The notes under the pieces: model-generated
What the model was told of the DNA's origin: nothing
Database searches by the model: none
What the model saw: the letters and a program-made list of their open reading frames with translations, nothing else
In this document: piece after piece, positions 22,801 through 35,611 of the stretch
How the letters are laid out: every line of letters starts with the position of its first letter
Position numbering within the stretch: position 1 is the stretch's first letter
Assembly (NCBI GenBank): GCA_018398765.1
Contig: JAHBMJ010000176.1
Span: forward strand, 1 to 54,959
DNA from: Chromera velia
Taxonomy: Eukaryota
Direction of reading: 5' to 3'
DNA length: 54,959 nucleotides
Made by a program: the position numbers and the translations under genes

Positions 22801-24824
22801 GGCAGGTCATTCTTCTGACCGACGGACAGGTCTGGAACACTGATGAAGTTGTCAATCTCGTCAGAAGAACAACCGAGACCACGAGATACTTCACAAGTCA
22901 GTCTGATCAACTGCAAAGGCACTTCTCCAAATGTGTGGTGTTCGAGTGGTTCAGCATTCAATCTTCCTATCAAACACACAGTCAGGTCAAGCTTGCAGCA
23001 TTCTGATCATGCAAACAATTTCTAAAAAAAAACGAGCATGCCAAAGAAATCAGAAACACCGGAAAGGTCAATCAAGGTTTGCGAATTTGGGTGTCGATTG
23101 TCCCTCTGTCTGTTGGATGGCAGATGTATTTTGTTGAGTGACTTTTCGCGTTCATCTGTTTTTGGCTCCACCGGCAAATGTATGTAAATGTCTGTATGTG
23201 TATGTGTATGTAAATGAGTGTGTATGTATGTATGTATGTGTGTGTGTCTGTGTCTCTGTCTGTGTGTGCAGTCGGTGTGGGCTCTGGGGCGAGTCGCGAC
23301 CTGATTGCTCGCGTTGCCTCTGTGGGCCGGGGTCACGAGGAGAACGTAGTGGACGGAGAGGATCCCCGGATGGCCGTTATGTCCCAACTCGAGCGGGCAT
23401 CCCACGCCTCTGTAAATGACCTCTCCCTCAAGTGGCCCCAGGCAGAAAACCTCTGGAAAGCAGCGTCCATTGACACAGCCACCTCCTCCAATGACACTAT
23501 TGCTGCTGCGGGAGTGCAGAGACTCCTTCAGGCAGTGGGGGGAGCGCCCAGGCTTTCCTTCTGGTCACCGACAGCAGCAGCCGCAGCACCTGCTTCCAGA
23601 GCACAGGCTCTCCGTGGAAGTGCCCCTGCACCTTCACCCACCTCCATTCCTTCTTCCCCTCCCTCTGAAGCTACAGAGGTCCAGTCAGAGAGAACCTCCA
23701 ACAGTACTACTCCCGCTGTCCAGCCGAGTGTGCCCGCATTCATCTCAGCTCCCTATCCCCCCCCCGCAGTCTACTCGAACAAACACCTGACTCTCTATGC
23801 CCTTTGGACCGTCCCTCCGTCCTCTCTGAACGAGGCAGTTTCTGTGGGTTCCCCTCTGTCTGTATCCCTCAACGGGTCTCTGGCAGGAACCCCCATTGAC
23901 CTTTCTATGAAGATGAACAACACAGGTAGAGAGGCTGATGGGGTCGGGATCGTACACCATATGGCGGCTCGTGCGGTCCTCCGAGACCTCCGTGAGAAGA
24001 ACATTCAAAATCTCCTCTCTGAGGAAGAGAAGAAGGGGGCAGAGGCACTGGGTGTGCGTTTTGGCCTAGCGTCTGAGTGGACCTCCTGGGTCGCCACCCT
24101 CGAGAGAGAGGGGGGGGGCGAGGAGGCTTCCTCTCTCATCACACGCAGAGTCCCCCAGCCTGGCGGGTATGGGTATGTGCCTCCTGCTGCAGGCTATCCT
24201 ACAAGTAGCATCGGGTCTGGGTGGTCTAGTACTAGACTGTCTCGGCCAGGATATTACAGAAGCGCTCCCGTTTGGGGTTCTAGAGGCCCTGTCTTTGGAG
24301 TTGGGAATGCTTTTGGGGGTCCGTCCTTTGGGGGAGTTGGTGCGGTTGGGGCGTCTCCTTTCGTTGGGGGGGCAATGCCAGCAGTCGGCGGACCCATGCC
24401 CACTCCTGCGCTAAGAGCGCCCACAACCACAACACCTGCCACTGGTCTCCTGGGTCTCGTCCAGCTTCAGCAGTTCGACGGTTACTTTGCGTCTTCTGAT
24501 GCTGAGAGAATCCGTACGGCAACGGCCGGGGCTGTGGATGTGCAGGCAGCACAACTGATGACAACAGTCAGAGACAGTCTGAACAGGCTTGTGGGGGCCT
24601 CAACCTCTCCTAGAACGTTCTCCTTCTCCATGCCAAATTTCAGTGCGACCCTAGGTGCAGTCGCATGGCTTGAGGCCGACCCCGTGCGTGCGTCCGCAAG
24701 TCGCCTAGTGCTCCAGAAAGCCCGATCGTGGTTGAGATCCCGAGTGGCAGAGGCAGGAGGGGCGGGTTCAGCGGCTTCTGTTGACTCGCTTGTGAATGCT
24801 GCGAGGGGGTCTCTTGGTATCTAG
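19893..24824 (+). CDS. Secreted VIT + von Willebrand factor A domain protein (VWA5A/ITIH-like); exons 19893-20424, 20793-20906, 21677-21732, 22179-22896, 23272-24824
   Basis: Signal-peptide-like N-terminus; VIT motifs VTFTQTFQN, EAKYVFPL, AVSGF, AFLLEQ; spliced APRY; MIDAS residues DVSGS, GGTN, LTDG; C-terminal LQQFDGYF and KARSWL; all four introns GT-AG and phase compatible. Confidence 0.9.
20952..21585. repeat. 42-bp minisatellite (~15 units) in intron 2 of the VIT-vWA gene
   Basis: Unit cttacttctgctctctccttttgtgcgttctcttgttca(c/t)gc. Confidence 0.95.
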
Positions 24825-26184
24825 ACGAGGGGATGAAGGTGATCAGTGAAGGGTTTGGATGATGGTGGGAAAAAGAAAAAGATGGAGTGGATGTGGAAGG
24901 GAACAAAATACCAGAAAAGTGGCGATGGGGGCGTTGAAAGATGGCAAGTGAGAAGGGAGAGAAACAGAAGAAGGGAATGGGAGGGCATGCAGAACCAAGC
25001 ATACAGTCACATTTTCATGACGTATTTTTCTTTCTCCTTCTGCCGATGTGAAGAGTCGGAGGGTTTGGGGGATCATCTCTGATATGAATGGCTGCATGGG
25101 TCGTGAGGATTGAAAATTAGTAGTCGAAATTTGTGGGTCAATTGTTTGTTTCAATGCTTCATTGTGCGTAGATCGACGTGTTTGTCTGTTGAGTCCATTG
25201 TCTTCGGATGGGGACGAAAAGGTCTCTCTTCTGTTGCATGGTATACATTGCGCTGCGTGACTGCATGCCCTTTGGTTTGTGTGCCTGAGATCGAAGTGGA
25301 TTGCATACGCTGATCCCTTTTTTCGTTCTTCGTTTGTTTCTCGCTGCATTTGATATTTCGTGCATGGGAGTGTAAAGTGGGGCAAAGTGCGTATCGAATA
25401 ATATTGTGTGTACAGTCAAGCACGCAACGAGCAGGTGTCAAGGAAACAGGGAGGAAGATCCTGCCCGCGAGCTGGCTTCCTCTCTCCGCGATCGCAGTCG
25501 ATTCTTGTACAAAGCCGTTCGTGCATGGCAATACATACATGCAAATATGCAAGTAGCATAGTTGCACTGTTAATTGGTGCTATACACACGCTAATCAAGT
25601 AAACAGAGTCTTACCAAGACTGTCGTAGCTCTAGAGTCATACACGTGCATGTAAACTGGAAATTGCACTATAAAAAATATTTAGAAACCTAGTTAGAAAC
25701 ATGTATAACTCTAAATTTACTTGTAAATATTTACTTAAATTCATGTATGTAAATTCGTGAAAACCATAGCATAAAAATTTATTTGTAAATTCACCCATTT
25801 TTAAAAGTATGACATTTTTGCAGGGTAGAGAAATAAGTTGAGTAAGCAAACATGCAATGAACAATTGTTGTTCTGTGTCTATGCTGTTTGCGGGAGCAAT
25901 GCCTAAAAGACAGAACAGCAACTCACAGCGAAAGTACCCAGGGCACCAATTTTATAAATCCTAAAATAAATTATTCATCCCTAGACTTATCCCTTCGATT
26001 TATAGAATACGGCCCGAAACCTAGCCTAGAACCCCTATAATCTCTTTAAAACGCAGAACTTGCGGCGGCGGCGGAAGATCAATGTTATGCTAATAATCTT
26101 ATGCAATAAGATATATGTCTAAAATCTAATCTAAGATTTTAAAATCATTTTTTAGAAAGATATATGTCTTCATAAATTAATTTA

Positions 26185-26246
26185 ATGATGATAATGATGA
26201 TGATGTTGACTAAACCCGACAGCCATCGTGTCCCAATGGCAGAGGG
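26185..26246 (-). repeat. Short dispersed repeat: stem-loop plus (CAT)n tail, copy B
   Basis: Similar to 10001-10072. Confidence 0.7.
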
Positions 26247-27282
26247 CAGTCTGAGCATACATGCATTGCTAGCCTAGAAGCCTAGGAGAGAGGTAATATG
26301 AACCAGATCATGTTTAGGATTATTCATTCAAATTTTTATTGTCTAATATTCAAAATCAGTTGATTTCTAGCTTGATTTGGATTGATTCCGATTGAAGTTA
26401 TCAGCTAGGTCATCACCGACTCATCAGATGGGTTGTATTGCCCCTCCCCCCCTCCTTCCCACAAATGGTTTAATTCGAATCGCAATCAAGTTTTCAATTC
26501 TTACACCCCAACCCGGGGCCCCCCAAAGGCACCCATTCCGTCTGTCTATGTGAATCCCACACAGATGAAATGAACACGCGGGCATGCATCCCAACAAAAC
26601 CCATTCCGTCCATGAAATGGATCAAAAAGTGTTGCAGGAATAAAGCACCTGTGCGCCCTTTCACCCTTCCCCATCAGCTTCTTTGCTTCACCCCCCTCTC
26701 GTCATAATTGGTCGAACGGCGTGAGTGCCTTGCAGGGACTTGAAGAGACCCAAACACCCTGCAAAGTGAACACTCTCATTCCGACCTGACGCTAGACAGA
26801 CGGAGTATGAAACTGTGTATGCATGCCTGTCATCCATCTGCCAGACAACCCTCCCGAGCTCTCTCCGAGCGACGAGTTTGTCCTGACAATCTTTATTCCA
26901 GACGACGGTGTCAGCTACGGCATGCGGAGCAAGAAGACAACAGGGCCCCGCCAGAGAGTGAAAGGGGCAAGGATGGGCAAGGGGAACGAAAGAAGAAAGG
27001 AAAAACATCAATAAATAAAAAGAAAGGAAACGGTTCAAAGTAAGGGGGGAAAGAAAGAAGGAAGGAAGGAAGGACGGAAGGGAGAAAAGAGGGAGGGAGG
27101 GAAGGAAGGGAGGACAGAACGGAGGAAAGAAGGAAGGGAACAAAGAGAAAAGGGAATGCAAGAAAGAAAGGAAAAGGAAAAGAAAAAACAGGGGAGAGAC
27201 AAAATCAAAGAGAGGCAGCTCGAATAGGAGAGGACTAGAACAGAGGTGATAGGACCTGCGTTCAATCAGCCAATTGACGTGC

Positions 27283-27318
<36 letters not shown>

Positions 27319-27378
27319 CCAAAATCGAGGATGGATTCGCGTCTGTTGGTTTTTCCGTTTCTATTCTCCCTTCCCCCC

Positions 27379-27415
<37 letters not shown>

Positions 27416-27765
27416 AATTCCGTGCCTCTCCTTTCTACAGCCAAAGCCCCCCAGCTGGATTAATAAAATGGGTTCACCAGCCACCAGAAAGAACCATCAA
27501 CGCAGCACCACTCTCCACAACGTGTCAATCCTCCCCTCGCACATACATGCTGACTTAGTTATCCTCTGGACTGGCGGTCTTCTTTTGGAGAGCAAGAGCA
27601 GTTCGAGGGGCTCACTCCCACCATCTATGTTATCTACCCACAATGGAGAAAGACGTTGGCAGTCTCTCGATATATACAGCCTGCCTTAATATGATCTTCT
27701 CTTTTTACTTTCCCGCCTCCTTTGCCCCCCTCCCTTCCATCCTGTCCCTCTTTCCTTCCCTTCAC

Positions 27766-28689
27766 TCAAGCTGACACAGGAATCGGGGGCTGAGGGCTGA
27801 TGGAGACGGACTCTACCACCTGCTCCTCCTGCAGACCGCCTGCGAGACGGCACTCTGAGGGGGCATTGAGGGACTGAAGAGACCTTCCAGCTACTGCAAA
27901 GACGGCCAGTCTCTGGAGGGTAGAGAGGCCCTCGTAGACCGACTCTCCCGCTTGAATCTTCTTCAAAACATGGCGAGCAAGGTCAGCAATCGGATGCAGG
28001 CTGTCTTGCTCCTCTTTCGCTTCGGTGGGGGGGAACAAGCCCCGCGTGGGGTCGAAGAACCATGAGGCCACGAGACCACCGAAGCGGTCGCCCAACGGTC
28101 CGTACTCATTTCCATTGGAAAGGCCGAAGGATGAGTGCCACATGCGGAGCGGCCACGTGAGAGAAAAGATTGAAGAGGGATGTGCAAAGCCGAGGCTGTG
28201 GAGGTTTTCGGGAAGTGAGTCGGTGACTTGGGAGGAGAAAGAGGAGGCGAGGACCCCATTGACCAGGAGACGCCCAGAGACGGTGACTGGCTCGAGCATT
28301 CCTTCGAGGAGAGTCTCTTTCACATTAGATATACGGACAGGACGCATCTCTGCGGACATGCCTGCGTTCGTTTGCACATACAAACATCGACAGAGAATTG
28401 AAATTATGTACATGCACATATGAATCTTTCTCTCGCGCGTCTGTTTTACTTTCTTAAAAGCATGAGCAACACCACAACGCTATCAAAGAGACACGCAGGC
28501 TCAACCCTCAGGCAGACAAACAGACACAGCTGAGCAAAATGAGTTGGCAGGGAGTGAGGGACTTCGGTAAGCAATAAGAATCAACAAACGCCTGCAGTCC
28601 TGCCCCGGGATCTGTCTGATTTTCTGTCTCCGTCTCTCTCTCTCTCGGTCTCTGTCTGTCTGTCTGTCTGTCTTTCTCTCTCTCTCTCT

Positions 28690-28759
<70 letters not shown>

Positions 28760-28767
28760 TCTGTCTG

Positions 28768-28860
<93 letters not shown>

Positions 28861-28940
28861 CTGTCTGTCTGTCTGTCTATCTGTCTCTCTCTCTCTCTCT
28901 CTCTCTCTCCTCTCTCTTTCTCTCTCTTGTTGTTTCTCTC

Positions 28941-29006
<66 letters not shown>

Positions 29007-29086
29007 CTGTCTGTCTGTCTGTCTATCTGTCTCTCTCTCTCTCTCTCTCTCTCTCCTCTCTCTTTCTCTCTCTTGTTGTTTCTCTC

Positions 29087-29128
<42 letters not shown>

Positions 29129-29861
29129 GTCTCTCTGTCTGTCTGTCTCTCTGTCTGTCTGTCTCTCTGTCTGTCTCTCGCTCTCTCCTCTCTCTTTCTG
29201 GGGTGTTTTCTTGTCTAAAACTCAGTTAGGAATAGTCCCACGCTGGCAAGAAATAGAACACTTTTTGGTAAATCCCAAGAAAAAGGAACAGTCAAGAATC
29301 TCAGCAAAACGGCCGACCTCTGTCTCCGCGCGCCGGGCCGGGCCCCCTGTTCTTATCAGAAGGAGACGACGCCCCAAGGCCGACACGAACGAGAACCCTC
29401 TCACCCACTCGGAGACGCTCTGCCATCGCTGCCTCCACCCTCTCACACAAACGGCCCGGTTCTTCTTAACTGTCCGAGCCTCCCGCATCTGTACACTGGT
29501 ACTACTAGGCAAAGTGTGCGGGGGAGAGCTCTAGTCTGCCTCCATTCTCGAGCTCCACCTGAAGATAGAGGCCCTTCCTCCCCCCTGCCCCTGTCTCTCT
29601 GTGAAAGAAAAAAAGGATACCGGTCCATCCAGAGTCATCAAGCACTCGGTCCCCCACCTGCAGGCAGTGAGCATGCAAGTACGTACACAGAGGTAAAGAT
29701 GAAAACTTGTGCGAGGACACAAGGTGAAAGAGAGACAGAGGGGGCGGCGATCTGGCAAGGAAGGGGGGAAAGAGGGGACAGGGGAAAGAAGTACACATGG
29801 ACGGAAGAAGAGAGGGAGGGAAGAAGGGAGGGAAAAAGAGAGAGAGAGAGAGAGAGAGAGA

Positions 29862-29914
<53 letters not shown>

Positions 29915-29937
29915 TGTGTGTGTGTGTGTATGTCTGT

Positions 29938-29978
<41 letters not shown>

Positions 29979-30759
29979 CTGGAAAACCCGGTCACTTACC
30001 TGGAGCTCTGAAATTGGAATCTCTCCACGCTTCTCAGAGGTCACCAGTGCCCGACCAGGGAAGCAGTCGTTGGTATTGTTAACTCGGAACGTACACGACG
30101 AGCGGTATGAGTCCCACCAGCAGTCCAAATCTCGATTACAATCGCCTTGGTTTTTTCCAGGGCATTCCTCTCGCGCACCGATCGGGACGTAAGGGGTGCC
30201 AAGAAGAAAACTGCCGGCAAGGGCCTCCATTGCTTTCTTCTCTGTCTCGATGGCGACGCCGAAGAGTTTCGGGATTTCCAACAGAACTTCTTCGGCAGCC
30301 TCCACCAAGTCTCTGTCACCCCCTACCAGGAGCGCTGCAGTTGAGCAGACGACGTGTTTGACCATCCCCTTGACCGAGTGGTCAAAATTGGGATAGGCCG
30401 TTGTGAGGTGGTCGATGGTCTCTTGGAGCTGTGCACATTCACGCTGGGCGCTCTTTGAGATGTTCTTTTGGGTGGTCGAGAGCGCTTGTCTGGTAGCTGA
30501 GTCACAAGCAGTGTTCACTCTGTCCCTGACAGACTCCCAGCTGTCCATCAGTCCGTGCTGACTCTCCATTTCGAAAGCCGTCTCGCACACACTGCCGGTT
30601 TGGTTCATCAACATACCAGCGACATCCTGTGTACGGTTCTGGTCGCTGCCCGTGTGACCCTTCTGTGTCAGCACTGCAGATATAGGGGGAGGTCTCAAGG
30701 CGCAGACACCCCTTGCGCATACATAGGAAAAGCGAAAAAGGAAGAAGCAAGCAGCGCAT
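27766..30759 (-). pseudogene. Secreted Hedgehog-type Hint (Hog) domain protein with three in-frame stops in exon 3; exons approx. 30759-30723, 30673-30000, 29657-29405, 28361-27766
   Basis: Spliced signal peptide MRCLLLPFSLFLLLTQ; Hint motifs D/CFPG...IPISELQVGDRVL, LELSPAH, AERLRVG, EPVTVSGRLLVNGVLASSF; SRR-like H...WPLR; TAG TAG at 29507-29502 and TAA at 29468-29466. Confidence 0.8.
28630..29198. repeat. (CT)n-rich microsatellite in Hog gene intron
   Basis: Visible tandem repeat with internal duplication. Confidence 0.9.
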
Positions 30760-33444
30760 TTTGCGGACAACAGTTGGGATTAACGATCAGGAAGCGTCAG
30801 AGAAAAAAAGGTGCTGGTCGAGAAATGGGGAATTTAAAGCAAGAGGAGCCCCAGACAATGTCGATATGGGTAAGAATACCAGAAGAAGCCAGGGACATTC
30901 AACGTGCATGGAGCGTTGAATCGATCGAATTAAATTAATGATTGACTTACTAAGGCCGGATACACAATGCATGGATACACCGTCGAGCTATAGGGGCATC
31001 GAGATGCATCGAGAGGCCATGAAAAACGGAGCTAGATGGCCGGACATTTCGCGTCTGCGCGTTGAAGATTGCATGAAGCCCGCGCACAGCGCCGCGGTCC
31101 AGGCGCCGCGCGCCAACTGTCATGCATGCATGCAGCTATAGTCAATTCTTATGAAAGTCTGCTCATCGATCTGACAGTTAATTCATGATCAATATCTTCG
31201 TGGGTGGTCTGCTGATCCGGCCATCACACCTGGCGTCCGCCCAGACACCCACAAAGAAGTTGGAGAAAGACGGTCGACGGCAATCGCCAGGGTCCATTGG
31301 CAAGTGGACACACCCACACAAAACGTCCAATCTTCTCAAGTTCTCCGGAACAAAACGTTAAGCAGACCATTTAAATTGGCATTCGTCCAAACAGACCAAA
31401 ATGCAAGACGCAAACGACCCCGGAACAGGCTTGGAAGATTTGTTGGTCGGCTACGAGGAGGGACGAGAGGAGGAGGATGATGAAGAAGAAGAAGAAGAAG
31501 AAGAGAACATTGGGTTGGAAGAACCTCAGAGCGCGGTCAGTATAGACATGTATATATATACATGCATGCATGCATGCACTCCGCAGCTTTCTGCCCCTCT
31601 TAGGCATCAAATAGTGCGCTGAACATAACGTGAAAGACCCGTTTTCTTTTTTTTGTACACTCTCTGTTGAAGGAGCACAGCCACAGGGTTTCCTGTTGCA
31701 AAGTGGCGCTTTGCGGATAGTCCATCATGCGCCTGCTCGCGTAGTATGTATTAATATATATATAGTTGATATTCCGTTTGACCTTATATGCCATGCAGCC
31801 CCTTTTCGATCACCATCGCTCCTATTCATTTATGAGCCTGCAGGTGCGTTCTTCTGAAGAAGATGGCAAGGCAAAGACGTGGTGAGCTGCCTTGCTCTCC
31901 CTTCATCTCCACTTACTCCTGTTTTTCCTTATGTAGGTTTTCGCTTTCAACCTTCGCTAAAGCTGTTTAAGACTATGACGAGATAGTATCATTTCCCAGG
32001 TATCATTCGGTTTTGCAGAGTTTTACAGTATGAGCAATAGCAAAGCAAGGCTTGATGGCAGATAAGTAGGTGCAAAGAAAGGCATGCAAGGAAATAGAAA
32101 GCAATGGAGAAGAATAAGAAATCCAGAAGAGTAAGAAAGCAAATAAAAGAGCCTGGAGCATTACTGCAGATCTGATGATGACAAAATCATATGCATGATA
32201 CAGACACATTCATGAGTGTTCTGCTTTTATCAGAGACAGAAGTACACCTCATGTGCTTGCTGTCTCCGAGACTTGTATGACAGACCCTCCCTTTTCTCTC
32301 TGTCAGAAGCTTAAGTAGCGGCCCCTTTCTTCTGCATCCCCGCATGGGAAGTCTAGCAAGCGCTTGCCAGCACGACCTCCCACCCCTCTGCACCGAGATG
32401 CCCCAAGTTTTTCGAAGGACTGCCGAGAAACTTGACTTCCAAGTTCCCACCCCTCCAACCCCTTGAGAACCGATACCTCTCTTCACAGCTTGCTACTAAT
32501 ACCGAAGCACTGTTCAGATACAGGCCAGCTCATGAATCACCCTTAGGCCCAGTTAGGAGCTTCCGTAGTATAGTGTGCGGTAGCTCCCAGAAATGATACC
32601 TGACAGAGCATTAATAGATCTGCATCGAACCAACGACTCGGAGATCCGCGAATAGGGGGTTCGAGAGGGGGTTTGGCTCTTCAAAAACTCTGCGGGTCAG
32701 TTGTTATTCCTTTCATGTGAGAATTAACCCTATCCGTTTCCTGCTGCTTGGAAGAGGGATTGCGGTGGTCAACTTTCAGTATCCCCCATCAGCTGGAGAA
32801 TCTTGCAAGTAAGATTTTGAGATGCAGCTGCCTTGTGAAACACAAATCAGTTGTGCACGAAACTCCAACTGGAAAGTGGAGATAGGGACAGGGAAATGAA
32901 TGGCATTATCATCTCTCTTCACAACAAATCTATTGATGCATGAATGCAGAAACTAGTCGGTTTGTTTCATGTTCTTTGCCCCTTTGTCTCTGTCACTGCT
33001 GCCTACATGCTTTCATGAACTGGCACTTCATCGTCGACTTCCACCCTAGGCCACTGGCCGGAATTGAATGGAGATCGTTGCCCAATGCGATAATGGGTGC
33101 TAAGTCTCCTGGAAGAACTTGAAACGAAACCCTGCCTGCTGGTCGGAAGGTGGTCAGTCTCTCTCTTTCTTAATTTTTTCTACTTGGGCCTGCATGAGAA
33201 CTGAAGAAAAGTAATCGCGTGCACTGTCTTTGTTCTCAGCAACGTTTTTCCTTCATGAACAGTCCAGTTACTTCGAGATGCATATCATCTTTTGCTTCAA
33301 TTTTGGTGATGACAGCCAATAATTTTCGATGCAAAACACTGATTGAAAGTATGTGCGGATTTGCCTGCGATATGTACATATACACATACACATAGACACA
33401 CACACACACACATACACACACACATACACACATACATGCACGCA

Positions 33445-33502
<58 letters not shown>

Positions 33503-35611
33503 GTGTATACGTAGATATATAGATCACGAGCCCGGCCTTCGGAGCCGTTTCGGCAGTCGGCACTGGCCTGTATGGCATTGACGTTTTTTTTTACTACACA
33601 CCATCAGGCTGCCACCCTGCCTTGCTTTGCTGATGCAGATTTTCTAGGCAAAGTGTGGGCTCAAGCTAGCTCCTGGACTAACGTCTTCTCTGACGAACCG
33701 CTGCATAACAAAACATAAAAAAATCATTGTGAGCTTCCCTCGTCCAGCCACATCCGATCGATGGCTTGACGGCTTGTCCACTCTACCATCGTCAGGCTCT
33801 AGTGTCAGGCTCTACCCCCTGGCCTTCTCACGCTCCACCCAGCCCCGTCCCGGCCCTCTTTTTCCTACCCCCTCTGAACCTAACCCCCCATAGGTCATTT
33901 CTGGGCCCCTGGCTATCTCAAAAGTTCCCCCCTAGCGTTCCCCCCCACCTTTTTTCTGGGGCGAAGTCTGAGGCCCCAGGCTCCTCCAGGTATCCTTCCC
34001 TGCCCAAACCAGGCTCCGGCAGTTGCAGCCATCTGCTTTCCACAGTAGTGAGCCTTTCCATATAAAGGGTTTGCAATACTCAGTAACGTACAGAAAGATA
34101 GACAGGCAGGCAGTCGGACTAACAGAGAGACACCGTCGAAAAGAGAAACAAAGGCAGGCACTGGCTCAGGTTTTTTAGACCAATCTTCTTACATCAATCC
34201 ACATGTAGTCATGCTGTGCTGATCTTCTGTCCGACCCCCCCTGCCCTTCCCGTGCCTACATATCCCTGCAGCCACTTGTTCGAGCCAGTCGCAAAAGACC
34301 GAGACAACCAGCGTGAATCGGAGGGAATCCTTAGCACCCATGGTCTCGTTCCCTTCTGGGCTAAGTTTCTCAAGAAAGGGGAGGCTCTGTCAGGCTCTGA
34401 CTCTTTCTAACAAGCTTTCAAGGACCTCCGTTTTTGCCTTGTCTGGTTTGAAATCCAGGAGAAAAACCTCAACTACGACGAGACGGCATAACTAAAACAG
34501 ATCTTTGGAAGAGACCACTATGCTAAGCTGTTTCCTACCCCTGCCCTTAGATTCACAAGGACTCTCGGGATTGTGATCTTAAATTAATTGGGTAAGTGGT
34601 AAGTCGGATCTGAGATTGGAATTAATTGTTGATCGGGTTAATTTTTAGATCTTAATTCTTTGTCACCTTCTGAATCATCGTCTCTCTTGTTGGTGTGCTG
34701 ATCTGGCTGGCCTTTCTGTTTATAGCCTTCTATCTTTCTGAAAGTCTAGTTTTCTGTCTCACGCCCCTCTCCGTGTCTGTGTGTTTGCTCTCTCAGGCCT
34801 TCCTTTTCCTTTTCTGCCTGACAGATAAAAGGAAAACCTAAATCGGGTAGCCTGTCGTTCTTCTTCTCCTTGGGATAAGGAGTTTTCTTGAATCAAAGCA
34901 TTTTCCAGTGGACTTTCATTGATCAGATTCTTCTTGTTGTTGTGTTTGTTTCATGTTCTCTGCAGTGAGAGGTGGCGGTAGGACGAGAAAAAGAATTTGT
35001 TAGAAAAATTGTTCGCCAAATTGAAAAGTATCAAAACACCGGGCAAATCTGTTTAAAACTACACACCAGCGGAAGAAGGGCAATTTGGTGGTAGATCCAG
35101 TCAAGGGTGTGAAATGTTAAGAATTCCCACTTTTGTATAAGTTGCCTCAAACGAAGAGGGCTAAGTCACTAAGTGTGACAGCGGAGTTCAGTAATGCTTC
35201 AGTCCTTTCTAGCAGTCCTTTCCGAAGCACAGAAGGTAACCAGCCTGAGAGTGGCAGCCTCTTCACACCCGACAAAACAGATAAAGACTGTCACAAAGTC
35301 ACAATATTTTCCATAAAAATATAATATCTGATATATTTCTAAGAGTCGTTACCCGGTCAACGGCGGTCATTCAAAAATTTAAGTGCATTTATAACCTGAC
35401 GGTCGCAAGCCCCTAGCTTGGAGGGGGAAAAATCACTTAAAGGATCCTAGAAACAAAAATATATAACTTTAATTTGTTTTACTCTGTATAATAAAAAGCT
35501 TAAGCTAAATTTAAAAAAAATCGTGTTAAGAGTCATAATTTAGTAAAAAACTGTACTATTGCAGTACTAGTTGAGAATTACGCTTTGTCTACTAAATTTT
35601 TAGCTAATGGA

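Noticed and set aside
26688..27161. Short protein-like frames between the vWA and Hog genes
   Set aside because: No recognisable domain or consistent exon chain
31401..34500. Acidic exon-like start at 31401 and scattered exon-like fragments to 34500
   Set aside because: Frames are short and interrupted; cannot build a supportable gene model
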